DNA from: Octopus sinensis
Lineage: Eukaryota
Assembly (NCBI RefSeq): GCF_006345805.1
Contig: NC_043013.1
Location: 32,860,001-32,924,000, forward strand
Direction: 5' to 3'
Length of the DNA stretch: 64,000 bases
Shown: piece after piece, positions 1 to 13,636 of the stretch
Position numbering within the stretch: the first letter of the stretch is position 1
Layout: each line of letters begins with the position of its first letter
Position numbers and translations under genes: made by a program
The notes under the pieces: model-generated
Seen by the model: the letters and a program-made list of their open reading frames with translations, nothing else
Told to the model about the DNA's origin: nothing
The model's database searches: none

Positions 1-28
1 TATTATTATTATTATTATTATCATTATT

Positions 29-412
29 GAGCTAACAGAATCGTTAGCACGCCGGGCGAAATTCTTAGCTGTATTTCCGTCTGTCTGAGTTCAACTTCCG
101 CCGAGGTCGATTTTGCCTTTCATCCTTTCGGAGTCGATTAAATAAGTACCAGTTACGCACTGGGGTCGATATAATCGACTTAATCCGTTTGTCTGTCCTT
201 GTTTGTCCTCTGTGTTTAGCCCCTTGTGGGTAGTAAAGAAATAGAAATAGGTATTTCGTCTGTCGCTACGTTCTGAGTTCAAATTCCGCCAAGGTCGACT
301 CTTTCATCATTTCGAGGTCGATAAATTAAGTACCAGTTGCGTACTGGGGTTCATCTATTCGACTGGGCTCCTCCCCCAAAATTTAGGGTCTTGTACCTAG
401 AGTAGAAAAGTA
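29..412 (+). mobile_element. tRNA-derived SINE family 1, dimer (long-tail unit + truncated head + short-tail unit)
   Basis: A-box-like gctaacagaatcgttagc and B-box-like gagttcaa(a/c)ttcc. Central gtcga(c/t)tttgcctttcatcctttcgg.gtcgat.aaataagtaccag domain (resembles the MetaSINE domain; from memory, needs checking). The head restarts at gtatttcgtc (~249). Confidence 0.85.
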
Positions 413-429
413 TATTTTAAATGTATTTT

Positions 430-1417
430 AAGGCGGCAAGCTGGCAGTATCCTTAGTATGCAGGGTAAAAATACTTAGTGGCATTTTTTCCGCCTTTAAT
501 GTTTTGAGTTCAAATTCAGCCGAGGTCGACTTTGTCTTTGATCCTTTTGGGGTCGAAAAATTAAGTACCAGTTGAGTGCTATCTTGGATATCACCCACTT
601 TTCTACTTCTCTGAACTTGTTGGTCTGATGCCAAAATTTGAAACCAATACTTTAAATGTATTTTATGGCGACGTTCTGGCAGAATCTTTTGTATGCAGGG
701 TAAAATACTTATCATTATTTCATCCGTCTTTACGTTTCCATTCCGAAATTCAACGAGGTCAATTTTGTTTCTTTTTCTTTCGGTGGTCAATAAAATATAT
801 ACCAGTTGACTCATCCCATCCCTCGAAATTGCTGTCCCTGTGACAAAATTGGAAACCAATATTTTAACTTATTTCGGCGCCGGTGGTTGTATGATTAATT
901 TCGCTTCGCAGTCATATGATATTGGCTTACACTCCACTATGTGGAATATGCTGGTATTGATAATATTGTTCAACATTAGGATTGCTCCAAACTACCTGGC
1001 ATGAAATCGGGATTCAGGATTAACGCATCTCCTTTCTCAGGCATAATATACCTAGAAGTACATTAAGCAATGTATCACTTTTTGGGATGATTACTGAGAG
1101 TTGAGGGAGATTTGCCTGCTATTTGTAGCAGACCAACAACTACATAGCGACTATTAACTACAGCAAAGTGTATGGCACCATATTAATTGACAAATATTAA
1201 GGCAGCGAACTGGCAGAATTGTTTGCACGGTGGACTGAATACTTAGCGGCATTTCGTTCCTCTTTACGATCTGAGTTCAAATTTCCCCCAAGGTCAACTT
1301 TGCCTTTTATCCTTCGGAGTCGATAAAAGAAGTACTAGTTGAGCAAAGGGGGTCGAAGAAATCAACTTATTCTCACCACCATAATTACCTGCCTTGCGCA
1401 AAATTCGAAACCAATAT
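430..1417 (+). mobile_element. Cluster of three decayed SINE family 1 copies (~430-600, ~665-860, ~1199-1417)
   Basis: Each begins aaggc(g/a)gc..ctggcag or similar and carries the gagttcaaatt box and cc(t)ttt..tcc..ggggtcga...gtaccag motif. Confidence 0.75.
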
Positions 1418-1949
1418 TCTCTTAGCAATCAGAGGAAGGGTAACTCAGAGTAGTAGTAGTAGTAGTTAAAAAATGCTGAAAAATTTTAAGGAGATGAAAA
1501 GTATGCAGTGAAACGGATGCAATATTTATAAAAGTTAGCTTCCTCTTTTTAACAAAACGGGGGTCGTGTCTAAGAAGTTATTAATAGATTACATAAAATT
1601 CGCTCTCCTTTCAAAATATAGGCAGATTTTAAGATCTAGAAAAATACATAATTGTATAGCAAAATGATTTCTTTTACTTTTAGGAGTCGGGGTATATGAT
1701 GGAAAAAAAAACGAAACAATAAATATATAAACGGCAAGGTAGAAAGTAATGTACTTAGATTTTGTAAAGGTGAAAGGGGGAATAGTAAGACGAGATATGA
1801 TTGATACGAATAGATATGACTGGTTAAGTAGTTCGCTTCACAAAATCGTTGTTTTGGGTTCGTTTCCATTGTGTAGGAATTTGGAGGAAGTTCATCCATC
1901 AAGGATTGCAACAGAACAAAATCTTTCGTGAGACGCGAGAAATTCATTA

Positions 1950-2052
1950 AATTGTGGATGTGTGGTAGGAAGCCTGCTTCCCAGCCACATAGTTCTGGGT
2001 TTAGTCCCACTGCGTAGTACCTTGTGAGTCGATTTGGTAGACGGAAAATGAG
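1950..2052 (+). mobile_element. SINE family 2 head, internally deleted
   Basis: Matches 44851-45000 (gtgtggtag.aagc.tgct...gggtt.agtcccactgcgt...ccttgtgagt.gatttggtagacggaaa). Confidence 0.7.
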
Positions 2053-2369
2053 AAAATGAGACAAATTGTTTCTTCCTGATATCAACGACTTAGATATACG
2101 TTACTTTTGTTCTATTTTATTAAGAATTTCAAAACATGAAAATAAAAATTAATAGAGTGATAAGAATATTTTATACAATTATTTGATAAAATTTCATACG
2201 GTCCAGAGGCCAATTTAGGTCAGGTAAAAAGAAAACTGAAATTTTATTCTTCATGTTTGAAACAATTCCAATGTATATTTTCTGCTGATGTTGCTATCAG
2301 GCTATTTTTAATTTTTTAAAATAGAGCTGAAAGGCATGGAGAGCATAACCACCATATATATATATCTTT

Positions 2370-2580
2370 TATCTTTTACTTGTTGCAGTTATTTGGCGGT
2401 GGCCATGCTGGGGCACCATCTTGGAGAATATTAGTTTTCTTATTTTTCTATTAAAGCCTGGTACTAAATAATTTTATCGGTCTCTTTTGCCGAACTGTTA
2501 CGTTACAGGGACGTAAACACATCAACATCGGTTGTCAAGCAGTGGCGGGGGACAAACGCAGACAGAAAGACACACACACA
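2370..2580 (-). mobile_element. SINE family 2, 3' half
   Basis: Reverse complement of 45080-45285 (ggccatgctg..gcacc, tcggtctcttttgccgaac, gggacgtaaacac, catcggttgtcaagc). Confidence 0.75.
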
Positions 2581-2626
2581 AAGAATATGTGTGTGTGCAT
2601 GTGTGTAATGACTCTCTCTAGACACA

Positions 2627-2670
<44 letters not shown>

Positions 2671-2675
2671 TTATA

Positions 2676-3125
2676 TTGCGGCCATAAGTTTTTTAACTGC
2701 TATTTCTAACAATGTTGGGTCTGCTCTGCACCTTCAGTCACATCAAGTAACAATTGAATGGCTCTTTTTAGGTTTTCTGTCGCTTATAGTTGCCTTCGTT
2801 GTTATATAATTTTGACATTAGCATTCTTTGAATCAGCCATAGTTTCATATGGTAAATATATATACTGATTGCAGCGATGGAGCAGCCACTACTGACGAGC
2901 GAGTAATTTCAAGCGAAACTAGACTGGTATAGAGATTTCAATCGCTGTGGGGCAGTTATCTCCCCTGTCAGTATGTAAAAAATGTGCATTCTTGCGGCTC
3001 TAAGGGTTTTCTAACTCTTATCTCTAGCAATATAGTTGCTACTCTGCACCCCCAGTCTCAATTAGTGAGAAGTAAATTTTCCTTTTCGGTTTTATTTTGC
3101 GTATATCTGCCTTCGTTATTTTATA
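2676..3125 (+). repeat. ~316-nt unit plus a partial second copy (retrozyme-like tandem) containing the hammerhead
   Basis: 2676-~2805 aligns by eye with 2992-~3125. Anchors: ttgcggc at 2676/2992, ctctgcacc shared, tgccttcgtt at 2791/3108 (offset 316-317). Flanked by microsatellites. Confidence 0.65.
2871..2948 (+). ncRNA. Type I hammerhead ribozyme, intact catalytic core
   Basis: CUGACGA at 2892-2898. Stem II GC..GC (2899-2900/2913-2914) with inner GAG-UAAU-UUC. GAAA at 2915-2918. Stem III ACUA/UGGU (2918-2921/2925-2928), cleavage triplet GUA (2927-2929). Stem I CUA/UAG (2889-2891/2930-2932), extended past an internal loop by CAGCGAU/AUCGCUG (2872-2878/2941-2947). Confidence 0.8.
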
Positions 3126-3541
3126 CACAAACACACACACAGACACATACATACACACACATACACACACATTCTTTTATTCTTTTACATGCTTCAGTCA
3201 TCGGATTGCTGCCAAGTGGGGACACTACCACGAAGAAATTTAGTCGAATCAAACCCATACTTACACATTAAAGCCGGTACTTATTCTCTCTGTCTGTCTG
3301 TCTCTGTCTCTCTCGCTCTCTCTCACTCTCTCTCTCTCTCTTTATATATATATATATATATAAGAAGTATGAGTGTATAAGTATGTGTATATATATATGT
3401 ATATGTAAATATATATGCATATATATACATATGCATACACACATACACACACACATATATATTTATAATACGAAAATAAATTTAAAATGCGGTATCTTAA
3501 ATCCACATGAACATGTGATATATATTCTCGACAGCTAGATT

Positions 3542-3577
<36 letters not shown>

Positions 3578-4268
3578 TCTCCTCTACCCGTTTACCATTT
3601 CTCTAAATTACCACTTTCTCTCTAACCGATGCATCTGTGTCCCCTTTTACTTTCTCTACCTCTCTTTCTGTGTCCCCTTTTACTTTCTCTAACTGCCCAT
3701 TGCATTCTAGTTTTTTTTTTTTTTCATGAAACACTTATGATTCCACCTTTAAGCATACAGAAACACACACACTGACACTCACGCACACACGCGTGGACAC
3801 ACACACAGACAAAGACACACACACACACACACACACTGGCACGAACATGCGCAAGCACATATACATGCACGTTCTAGCTAACAAGATATGAACAGCTGAT
3901 ATGAGAACCAGAGACAAGGAGATGAAAATACAGAAGCGAAAGTGTTAAAAAGAAGAAGCGAAAGAAAAAGAGGAAGACGGAAACAAACAAAGAGTGTGAG
4001 TGTGTGTGACAGAGAGAAAGAGAGAGAGAGGGAGATTGCCAGAAAAAGAGAGAGAGAGCGCGAGAGAAAAAGGGGGACAAAAATAGCGATAGGTGAGTGT
4101 AAATAAGCGTGAGAGCATAGAATCTCTTTAAAAGGTTTTTAAAACTGAACCGGGAAAAGGAGAAAAAATGGCGTCGAAGAAGATAAAATCTAGCAATAGC
4201 GCGGCTAAATAAATGGACTTGAGGTCATCATGACTAGCTTAGAATTTTAATCCAAATAACATCCTCGA

Positions 4269-4314
<46 letters not shown>

Positions 4315-4318
4315 GTTA

Positions 4319-4376
<58 letters not shown>

Positions 4377-4401
4377 CATCATCATCATCATCATTATAGT
4401 A

Positions 4402-4436
<35 letters not shown>

Positions 4437-4634
4437 AGATACACAAGTATATCGATAGTATAGTTTTTCAGTTATTTATTTTATTTTCAAGAAGTCATTT
4501 CATATATTTAATACGATATTTTAAAGAAAAAATTACAGGAACATTGGCTTACATAACTAAGTAAAATAAATATAAATATAAATATGTATATATACGCAAA
4601 TATATACGTATAAGATATCTATTTGTATATATGC

Positions 4635-4670
<36 letters not shown>

Positions 4671-4820
4671 TACATATGAATATATACAAATATATTTACA
4701 TATATATATATACATATGTATATAAATATATAAATGTATGCTTAATGTACATTTACTTATAACGTCTACATATGTACATATGTATATCTTCCATATATAT
4801 ATATATATATAATATATATA

Positions 4821-4932
<112 letters not shown>

Positions 4933-5524
4933 CTATATACATATATATACATATACATATAAACACACACGCGCGCCACGAGCTAGAACATTTTTCATGG
5001 TTTATTTTCCATAAAATATAATAAAAAAACATATGACCGGGTTTTACCTAACATCAACAAATTATGTTTCTTATCTCATTTATTTTCTACCATTTCACCT
5101 GCTTTCAGTTTAATAACTTTCTCATTATTTCTTCAAATATATTTGATATATTTTATAAAGATTTGTTCTTCTGTTTTAATGGGAAAGGAAATAGAATCTC
5201 ACTCATTTACCTATGAGATTCGAAAGCAGTGAAAAACAGGGTGTTAGTGAAAATTGTATCCTTAATAGCACATCTATATGAGGAGCAGTCGTATATCAGA
5301 ATGTATGCGTATGAACATTGTACTTGTGAGTGCGTGAGAGCGTGTACAGGAGTATCAATGAGTTATGCTTTATATTATATGGATGTTGGTGTATGCATGA
5401 ACGCGCGTGGATGCAACTATGTATATGAAGAGTAATTATGTATGGTTTTCTGATTAGTGTATGTTCATGCGTACCAAGGAGACCTCAACTCTGTTTTCCA
5501 CCCTGAGTACATACATATACATAC

Positions 5525-5567
<43 letters not shown>

Positions 5568-5568
5568 T

Positions 5569-5599
<31 letters not shown>

Positions 5600-5727
5600 A
5601 TGTGTATGTGTGTGTGTGTATGTATGCATATATACACACACCACATATATATATTTATGGTTATATGTATGATCATATATTTATTATATATATATATATA
5701 TATATACGTATACACAGATACTTACAT

Positions 5728-5847
<120 letters not shown>

Positions 5848-6196
5848 TAGTTATATCTACACACATGCACGCATATATATATATATATACACACATATAT
5901 ATATAAATAAACATAAAGGCACATAGAGGATCACGCGGAATAGCTGGCACGTACCCCAGTTACACACACACACATACAAACAGAGACACACATGCAAACA
6001 CGTATAGGTATATGTATATTCGTCCGCGTATGTATGTGAGCGAGCGTGTTTATGTGTGTACACACATTAAGAAAGACACACGGATGCGCTCGTGTTTATA
6101 TGGTGTTCTGTAGAGCTGAATTATTTGCATAGGTACACGTATTTGGTGAAGTTAAAAGCGAAAGTAAATAGTGAGAGAGAGAGAAAGATAGAGAGA

Positions 6197-6233
<37 letters not shown>

Positions 6234-6357
6234 TTTCTACGTGTATCTTAAATGCAACATTCATGAAAAACATTAACCCAACGTATTTTGCTTCTTTTTC
6301 CTCCTTTATATGAGCATTTAGCAACTTATATAGAATATACAGATTAACGAATGCTAC

Positions 6358-6399
<42 letters not shown>

Positions 6400-6520
6400 A
6401 TATATGTATATGTATATATATAGTTAATCCAAACAAGAAAACACAAAAAAACACAGCAACGCGAGGACGTGGAACAAATAAAGTATTATTGGACGCTCAG
6501 GAAAGAAGGGAAGAAGGAGG

Positions 6521-6555
6521 GTTTAACGTTTCGAGCGGAGCTCTTCGTCGGAAAC
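6521..6555 (-). ncRNA. Penelope-type minimal hammerhead-like motif (core variant CCGACGA)
   Basis: Minus strand reads GUUU CCGACGA A GAGC-UCC-GCUC GAAA C GUU AAAC. Stem I GUUU/AAAC, stem II GAGC/GCUC, palindromic ACGU stem III. Related motifs at 7747-7782, 26827-26864 and 58484-58527. Confidence 0.55.
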
Positions 6556-7178
6556 AAAGGAGAAGGAAAGATCCCGAGAAGGGAAGACAGAGGAAAAAAA
6601 ATTACTGGCGGTGCTCACGAGGTCACATATATGTATATATATACATATGCGTGCGTGCGTATATGTTTGTATGTGTGTGTACGTGTGCGTCTGTGTGTCC
6701 GTACATGCATGCATATATACTTACACATATACATACACATACAGACATGCACACATGCACACATGCACACATTACAGGAAAATACAACGGATTGTAAGTT
6801 ACTTCGTTACACTGTCTTACGTATGCTTCATTAACACAAGATGACGATTACCTACATAACGCAAATTACAAAACAACGAATGTCAAATCATCAGGTTTAT
6901 ACGTGATGTCAGTGGACTGAAAAGATGGTACAATCCATCAGCGTTTAAATTCATATGAGCACATCTGTCTGTATACATAAATACATATGTATATAGCAAA
7001 CAGATATAAAAGACCCCGAAGAAACTGCATCAGTATTATAGTAAGGTCGCAATTGCAACGGTTATAAACTGATGCAGTCGAAACATATGTAGGTCTATTT
7101 GAGATTTATTGCTGCATAAAATTGAATTAAAAGTAATGCTAATGCTACTTTATTATAATGCTTATTATTATATTATTA

Positions 7179-7224
<46 letters not shown>

Positions 7225-7225
7225 T

Positions 7226-7428
7226 ACAGGTTTCAAATTTTGGCATAAGTTCAGCAATTTGTGGATGAGTGGTTAAGTCGTTTGCATCAGTTCCAGTGCT
7301 CAACTGGGACTTATTTCATTATTTCGAAAAGTCGACTTCGGCAGAATTAGGTTTCTGAACGTAACGACGGACACGAAATGTCGCTAGAAATTTACCCGTT
7401 GTACTAACGTCTATGCAAGCTCACCGAC
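7226..7428 (-). mobile_element. SINE family 1, decayed
   Basis: aaagtcgacttcggcagaatt...cgaaatgtcgcta...gcaagctcaccg; abuts (ATT)n. Confidence 0.7.
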
Positions 7429-7446
7429 TCACGAGTATTAATATAA

Positions 7447-7479
<33 letters not shown>

Positions 7480-8407
7480 TGTATGATGTATGTATGTATG
7501 TAGGCATCTATGCATATATGCATGTATGTATCTATCTATCTATATGCATACAATAACACACACGGACACACACCACACGGACAGACACCATACGCACACA
7601 CGCATACACACACAATCGCGCGTACGCACACACAGACACAACAGGTGCAATTCAAATATACAAACAGTTCAAGTAAACGAATAAATACGGACAACATGTG
7701 GTCGTGTCTGAGAATGTATTAGCTTGACGCTCGATGGAAACAGAGAGTTTGACATTTCGAGCATAGGCTCTCTGTCGGAAAGAAGAAAAGGAAATGTCCA
7801 AAGAAAGAAAAAAAGAAGAAAAGAAAGAAAAAATCGCCAACGGCACACACACACACACACACAATAACCATTATATTATTCATATAATGATATAGGCTTC
7901 ATTTAGAGCGACTAAACCGAAACAATTGACCGAAAATAGAACCATGTCGAGTTCAGTTCGCAGTGGTTCGGCCCGTTTTCTTAGATCAATTGTTTACATT
8001 TAGTCGCCCTAAATGGAGCGTGCATTGTTTTATAAATATATACAATTACAGTTATTATTAAAAAAAAATCCTATGTGCGTCGCTCTTCTCCGTAATTTAC
8101 AGCATTCGGGTTTCTTTACAAATTTATAAATACACACACACACACACAAGTTTTGTCTATTAGAAAAACTGAGAGCGGCCACAGGAAAAATATTAACGTA
8201 TTTAATACCACGAAAATATTACTTTAGTGAAATACTTACGGCGGTTGATTGATGGCAATGACTAACAACTGTAAACGGGAAGGGGCAGATAATTCCTGAA
8301 ATAAATAATTTCCCAACTTGTTTCTGTCCTACAAAAGAATATGTGTATATAGATATGTGTGTGTGTGTTTGTCTCTGTGTGTTTGTGTGTGAGTGTTCCT
8401 CTGTGTG

Positions 8408-8502
<95 letters not shown>

Positions 8503-8955
8503 TTGTCTGTCTGTCTAGCTGTGTGTCAATCTACATGTTGTTTCATGTAAAAATAAAATCGACCCACATTCACTTACACACGCGCGCGCGCCTATATACA
8601 TACACATATTTATATAAGTGAAAAGGAGGAAAAGGAAAAAGAGTGCATATTGATTGTGAGAGAAAATGTCTACGTATGTGTATCATGTACGTGTGTGTTT
8701 CCGCGTGTGTCTGTGTTTGTGTTTGTGTGTGCGTGTATTCGTGTTCGTGTTTTCGTAGCTATATGTGTATATATATGTGTGTGTGTGTGTGTGTAAATAT
8801 TCATATGGACATAGATAAATATAACTTACAAACATGTATATATTACATAATATGCAGAAAATATATTTACAGAGAGGTACATACATGCACATATGCATAC
8901 ATACATACATAAATACATACAAATACATACATACTTTTATATATATATATATATA

Positions 8956-9011
<56 letters not shown>

Positions 9012-9094
9012 GTATATACATTTATCTATATATATATATATGCATATATATATATATATGTGTGTATATATATATGTACATATATATATATATA

Positions 9095-9139
<45 letters not shown>

Positions 9140-9572
9140 TATATACCTAGATTCATACACACACACACACACACCTATAAACATTCAGATACTCACATCG
9201 TACACCTGCACACAACACACACACACACACATATATATGCGTATACATAATTTATATTCAGGATGTGTTAAGTTGTTCAAGAAGATTAATAGGTTTTATT
9301 AATTCCAATATGGAGAACCAAGAAAAATGAAGTGGTAAGTAGACACATAGATAAATTAACTAGATATGTAAATAAATATTCTACATAACGCATGCAATTG
9401 CAATTTTGGATATAAATGATAGGCACATCTTGCAGCAATATGCATCAAGTTGCTTTACATATGTCCTATACATACACACATGCATTTACACATGCATAGG
9501 TAAATACATAAATACGTACCGAGCTATGTACATGCATATATGCATGGCTGCCTCTGTGTGTGTGCGTGTGTG

Positions 9573-9638
<66 letters not shown>

Positions 9639-9938
9639 TATATACACTCATGTATATAGACATATATATGTGTATGTAGAAAGTGAGGGGGAATAAGAGA
9701 AAGAATGAGAGGGGGACAGAGTAGGTAAAGATAGAAAGAGAAGTATATATATATATATATATTTATGCATACATATATACATCCATATATATATATACGG
9801 GGAAATCTGTATACATACCGTAATTCATATATAAAAATGCAAATATTTCCAATCCATTAGCTATGCTTATGCAAGTGTATATAAACACTTGCTGTAATAC
9901 ACGTACCCAAATCCCCCACGCCGATATATTCGCGCCCG

Positions 9939-10040
<102 letters not shown>

Positions 10041-10595
10041 CATATATATATATATACATAGTTTCATGCAAAAATACGCATATCTATATAAAAACATGTA
10101 TATATGTATATCATTATATATGTGTATATATATATACATATGTACATATATAATTATGTATATAAGCATATATACAAATATATACAAATATATATATATG
10201 TATATATATATATATGTATATATGCATATAAATATATATATACATATGCATGTATGTGTGTATGTACATAGTATATATGATTGTATATATACAGAAATAA
10301 TAAGAAAGAGGAGGAGGAATATGAAGGGAAAAGCGATATTTCTATCTATATGGCTATGTATATTTGAAGATACTTTTACAGAATTTCTCTGAATCTTTTG
10401 GTTCATCATTTACTTCCAGCTTCTTCATCTCTGTTTTAGTAATTCTTCTCAGATTTTTCTGATAGATTATACATCATTCCTTTTCTTTCTGTTTTCTTTC
10501 CTTTTTCTTGTTTTCTTACCATGTATTCTTGTTGCTGTTCTTCTTCTTTTTCTTCCGCCTCCTCCTCCTCCTCCACTTCCTGCTGCTGCTCTTTT

Positions 10596-10790
10596 AAGGC
10601 GGTGTGCTAGGAGAATTGATAATACGCCGGGCAAAATGCTCAGTCCGTTTCACATTCTGATTTCAAATTCCGCCGCGGTACACTTAGCCATTCATCCTTT
10701 CTGGGTCGATAAAATATACACCAGTCTGGGGCTCGATGTAATTGACTCACCTCCCCCGCTAACTGCTGCTCTCGGGGCAAAATGTGAAAC
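10596..10790 (+). mobile_element. SINE family 1 with (ATT)n tail
   Basis: ttaaggcggtgtgctagg...gatttcaaattccgccgcgg...cattcatcctttctgggtcgataaaatataccag; ends gaaaccattattatt. Confidence 0.8.
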
Positions 10791-10854
<64 letters not shown>

Positions 10855-10855
<1 letters not shown>

Positions 10856-12065
10856 TATGTTTGACTTTTGCTTTATATTTGTACAAGTTGGCTCCAAGTC
10901 TCACCCAGAGACCTCAAGAGACAACAGGGTTGGAAGTTCATGTTGTTGTTATGCCTAGTGTGCCATATATTTTTTTGGGGGGGGGGTGTTGTACTAATGA
11001 ATGTCTAAAAAAAAAGTTTTTTTTTGTGTAAACCGAAAATTATGTTTGTTTTAAACCTTGAGATTACATAGAAAGTATTTTGCGTAGGATATGAGCAGTT
11101 CCCATGAGCACTATCTTTTGAATTTCTGCCATTTTGGGGTTTCCTGGTATCTGAGTTAGGTAGCTATCAGCCCCTTTTGCTATCATTCCCAGGGCACCTA
11201 TGACAACAGGTATTGTTTTAGTCTTCAGCTTCCACATTTTGCTGATTTCTATTTCAAGATCTTTATATTTGCTCAGTTTTTGGTAGGTTTTGACAGATAC
11301 GTTTATATCGATTGGGACAGTCATATCAATGAGGAGGCATGTTCTTTGTTTGAAGTCTTTCAATATGATGTCTGGCCTATTTGCATCTATCTTTCTGTCA
11401 GTTTGAATGGTGAAGTTCCAGAGTAGTGAGATGTGGTCGTTTTCAAGCACTGGGGGTGGTTTGTGTTCCCACCAGTTTTTTTCATGGGGCAAATCCAGGT
11501 TTTTGCAGATTACCCAGTGAATATATTGTGCAGCTCTATCGTGCCTGTTGAGATACTCTGTAGGCGCTAGAAGACTGCACTTGGAGACCACATGGTCAAT
11601 GGTTTCATTTTGTTGCTTGCATACACGACACGTTAGACTGCTTCTGATCTTTAATATGTTGGCCTAGTAGTTTCTTGTTGGTAGGCATTGATCTTGAGCT
11701 GTTATGATAAACCCCTCTGTTTCAGATTTCAAGCCAGAGGCCATTATCCATTGATGGGTCAGGGCTTTGTCAACATCTGCATTATTTGCTCTCTTTGGGT
11801 ATTTGCCATAGAGAGGTTTTTCTTGCCATTTATCATTCAGAATATCTAAGGCCGCAGATTTAGCACGGGTTTTCATGCGCTTAGCTTTTTCTGTGCCTGT
11901 TTCTTGTATGTCTATCTCTAATTCCGAAATTTGTCGTATTCGGAATTCACTTAGATATTCCTTTGCCTGTTTTGTTACTGAGTATGATGCTTTCTTGTTT
12001 TCATGTTTTGAGACAAGTTTTAACATCCAGTCCTCAGAGTTTTTCAGGTAGGTGTCTAGGCCAAT
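10855..12065 (-). mobile_element. 5'-truncated R4/Dong-clade non-LTR retrotransposon (CCHC knuckle + restriction-like endonuclease) inserted in (TAA)n
   Basis: ORFs 11664-12263 and 11064-11591 share a frame, separated by one TAG at 11664-11666. Joined, they read ..SETEGFIITAQDQCLPTRNY*ANILKIRSSLTCRVCKQQNETIDHVVSKC..RHDRAAQYIHW..LLWNFTIQTDRKIDANRPDII..LLIDMTVP..KLSKYKDL..IPVVIGALG..ILRKILSM. A ~210-nt 3' UTR follows, and (ATT)n flanks both ends. No RT core is present. Confidence 0.92.
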
Positions 12066-12390
<325 letters not shown>

Positions 12391-13316
12391 TATTTACTTT
12401 ACAGGATTACGATCTTACGACGACGACTTCCAAGTCTTTCTCAATTATCTCTCTTCATGCTGTTTCCAAAGTTTTATTTTCGTTTCTCTATTATTAATTT
12501 TACTCGAGTTTCTATTTTAGTAGAAGCTGATGGATAAAGAAATCAAACTACATAAACAAACGGCAGCAAAACCATTGAGAAATTAAATAAAATTAATATA
12601 TCTTTATAATGTATATATTATATGTTATACATACACATTAACACTTTACAGTACACTTACATATATACATACATCTATGAATGAAATTAAAACAACAGGG
12701 ATACTAAAGGAAGGCCGAATTGCAAGAGAAGAAAAAACCAAAAGGTCTCATTTGAAAATTCCTGAGTAGAACTTATCATTATTACCTCCGCTTTTGAAAC
12801 TGTTTTCAATGGTGAATTTGTTAACGTTGGCTTGTATTAGATAAGGATAAACTATTTATTACTGTTACTAAATTTTCTACTGCCACCTTCACATTCCATG
12901 ACTACCATTGGGATCGATCAGGTACCGGACAAGGATTCTGGATTATTCCCAGAAGGGGCCAATATTAAATTATCGATGCAAACGCTATCGATTGATTCCT
13001 AAACTATGAGCCTTTCCTATGACACATTTAAATTCTTATCATTCACATGGTCAAAAAATGTAAAAGCATTCATCAATGTTTTTATTGCGGATATCGTCAT
13101 TTTCAACGCTGTCATCATTGTAATTAGCATCGCTGGCTTCATATACATCAGCACATTTAGCAATACGACTCATGACTACAAAGTCTTCGAAGTCACTGTA
13201 AGTTTTTTTTTTCTGTTTAAAATAAATTGAATATATATTGTTGAAATATATTGAATAATATTAATTATATTGAGTCACCCGTATTGATTTTACATGAAAC
13301 TCACGAACAAATATCT

Positions 13317-13365
<49 letters not shown>

Positions 13366-13513
13366 GTGAAATAGAAAGATGAATAATCTTGTAGTAGATT
13401 AATCAAAAGTTTAACCGATACCTTAGTAGCAAAAATCACAGCAGTAAACAGCACGGTTGGAGGTACAACCATCTGGCGTTGCAACCGTGCGTTGGTGCGG
13501 ATAATTGAAATTA

Positions 13514-13563
13514 CGTTTAGATCACCAGTGAACTAAACCCCCATATTCTATATATATATATAT

Positions 13564-13636
<73 letters not shown>

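Noticed and set aside
8240-8295. Candidate 56-nt minus-strand exon (ttatttatttcag|G ... CC|GTAAGTAT), open in two frames
   Set aside because: Good splice signals but no recognisable peptide and no partner exon; needs RNA-seq.
13006-13230. 74-aa ORF with a hydrophobic, TM-like stretch and a gtaagt donor at 13198
   Set aside because: The hydrophobicity comes from decayed (ATC/GTC)n-like sequence; no family resemblance.
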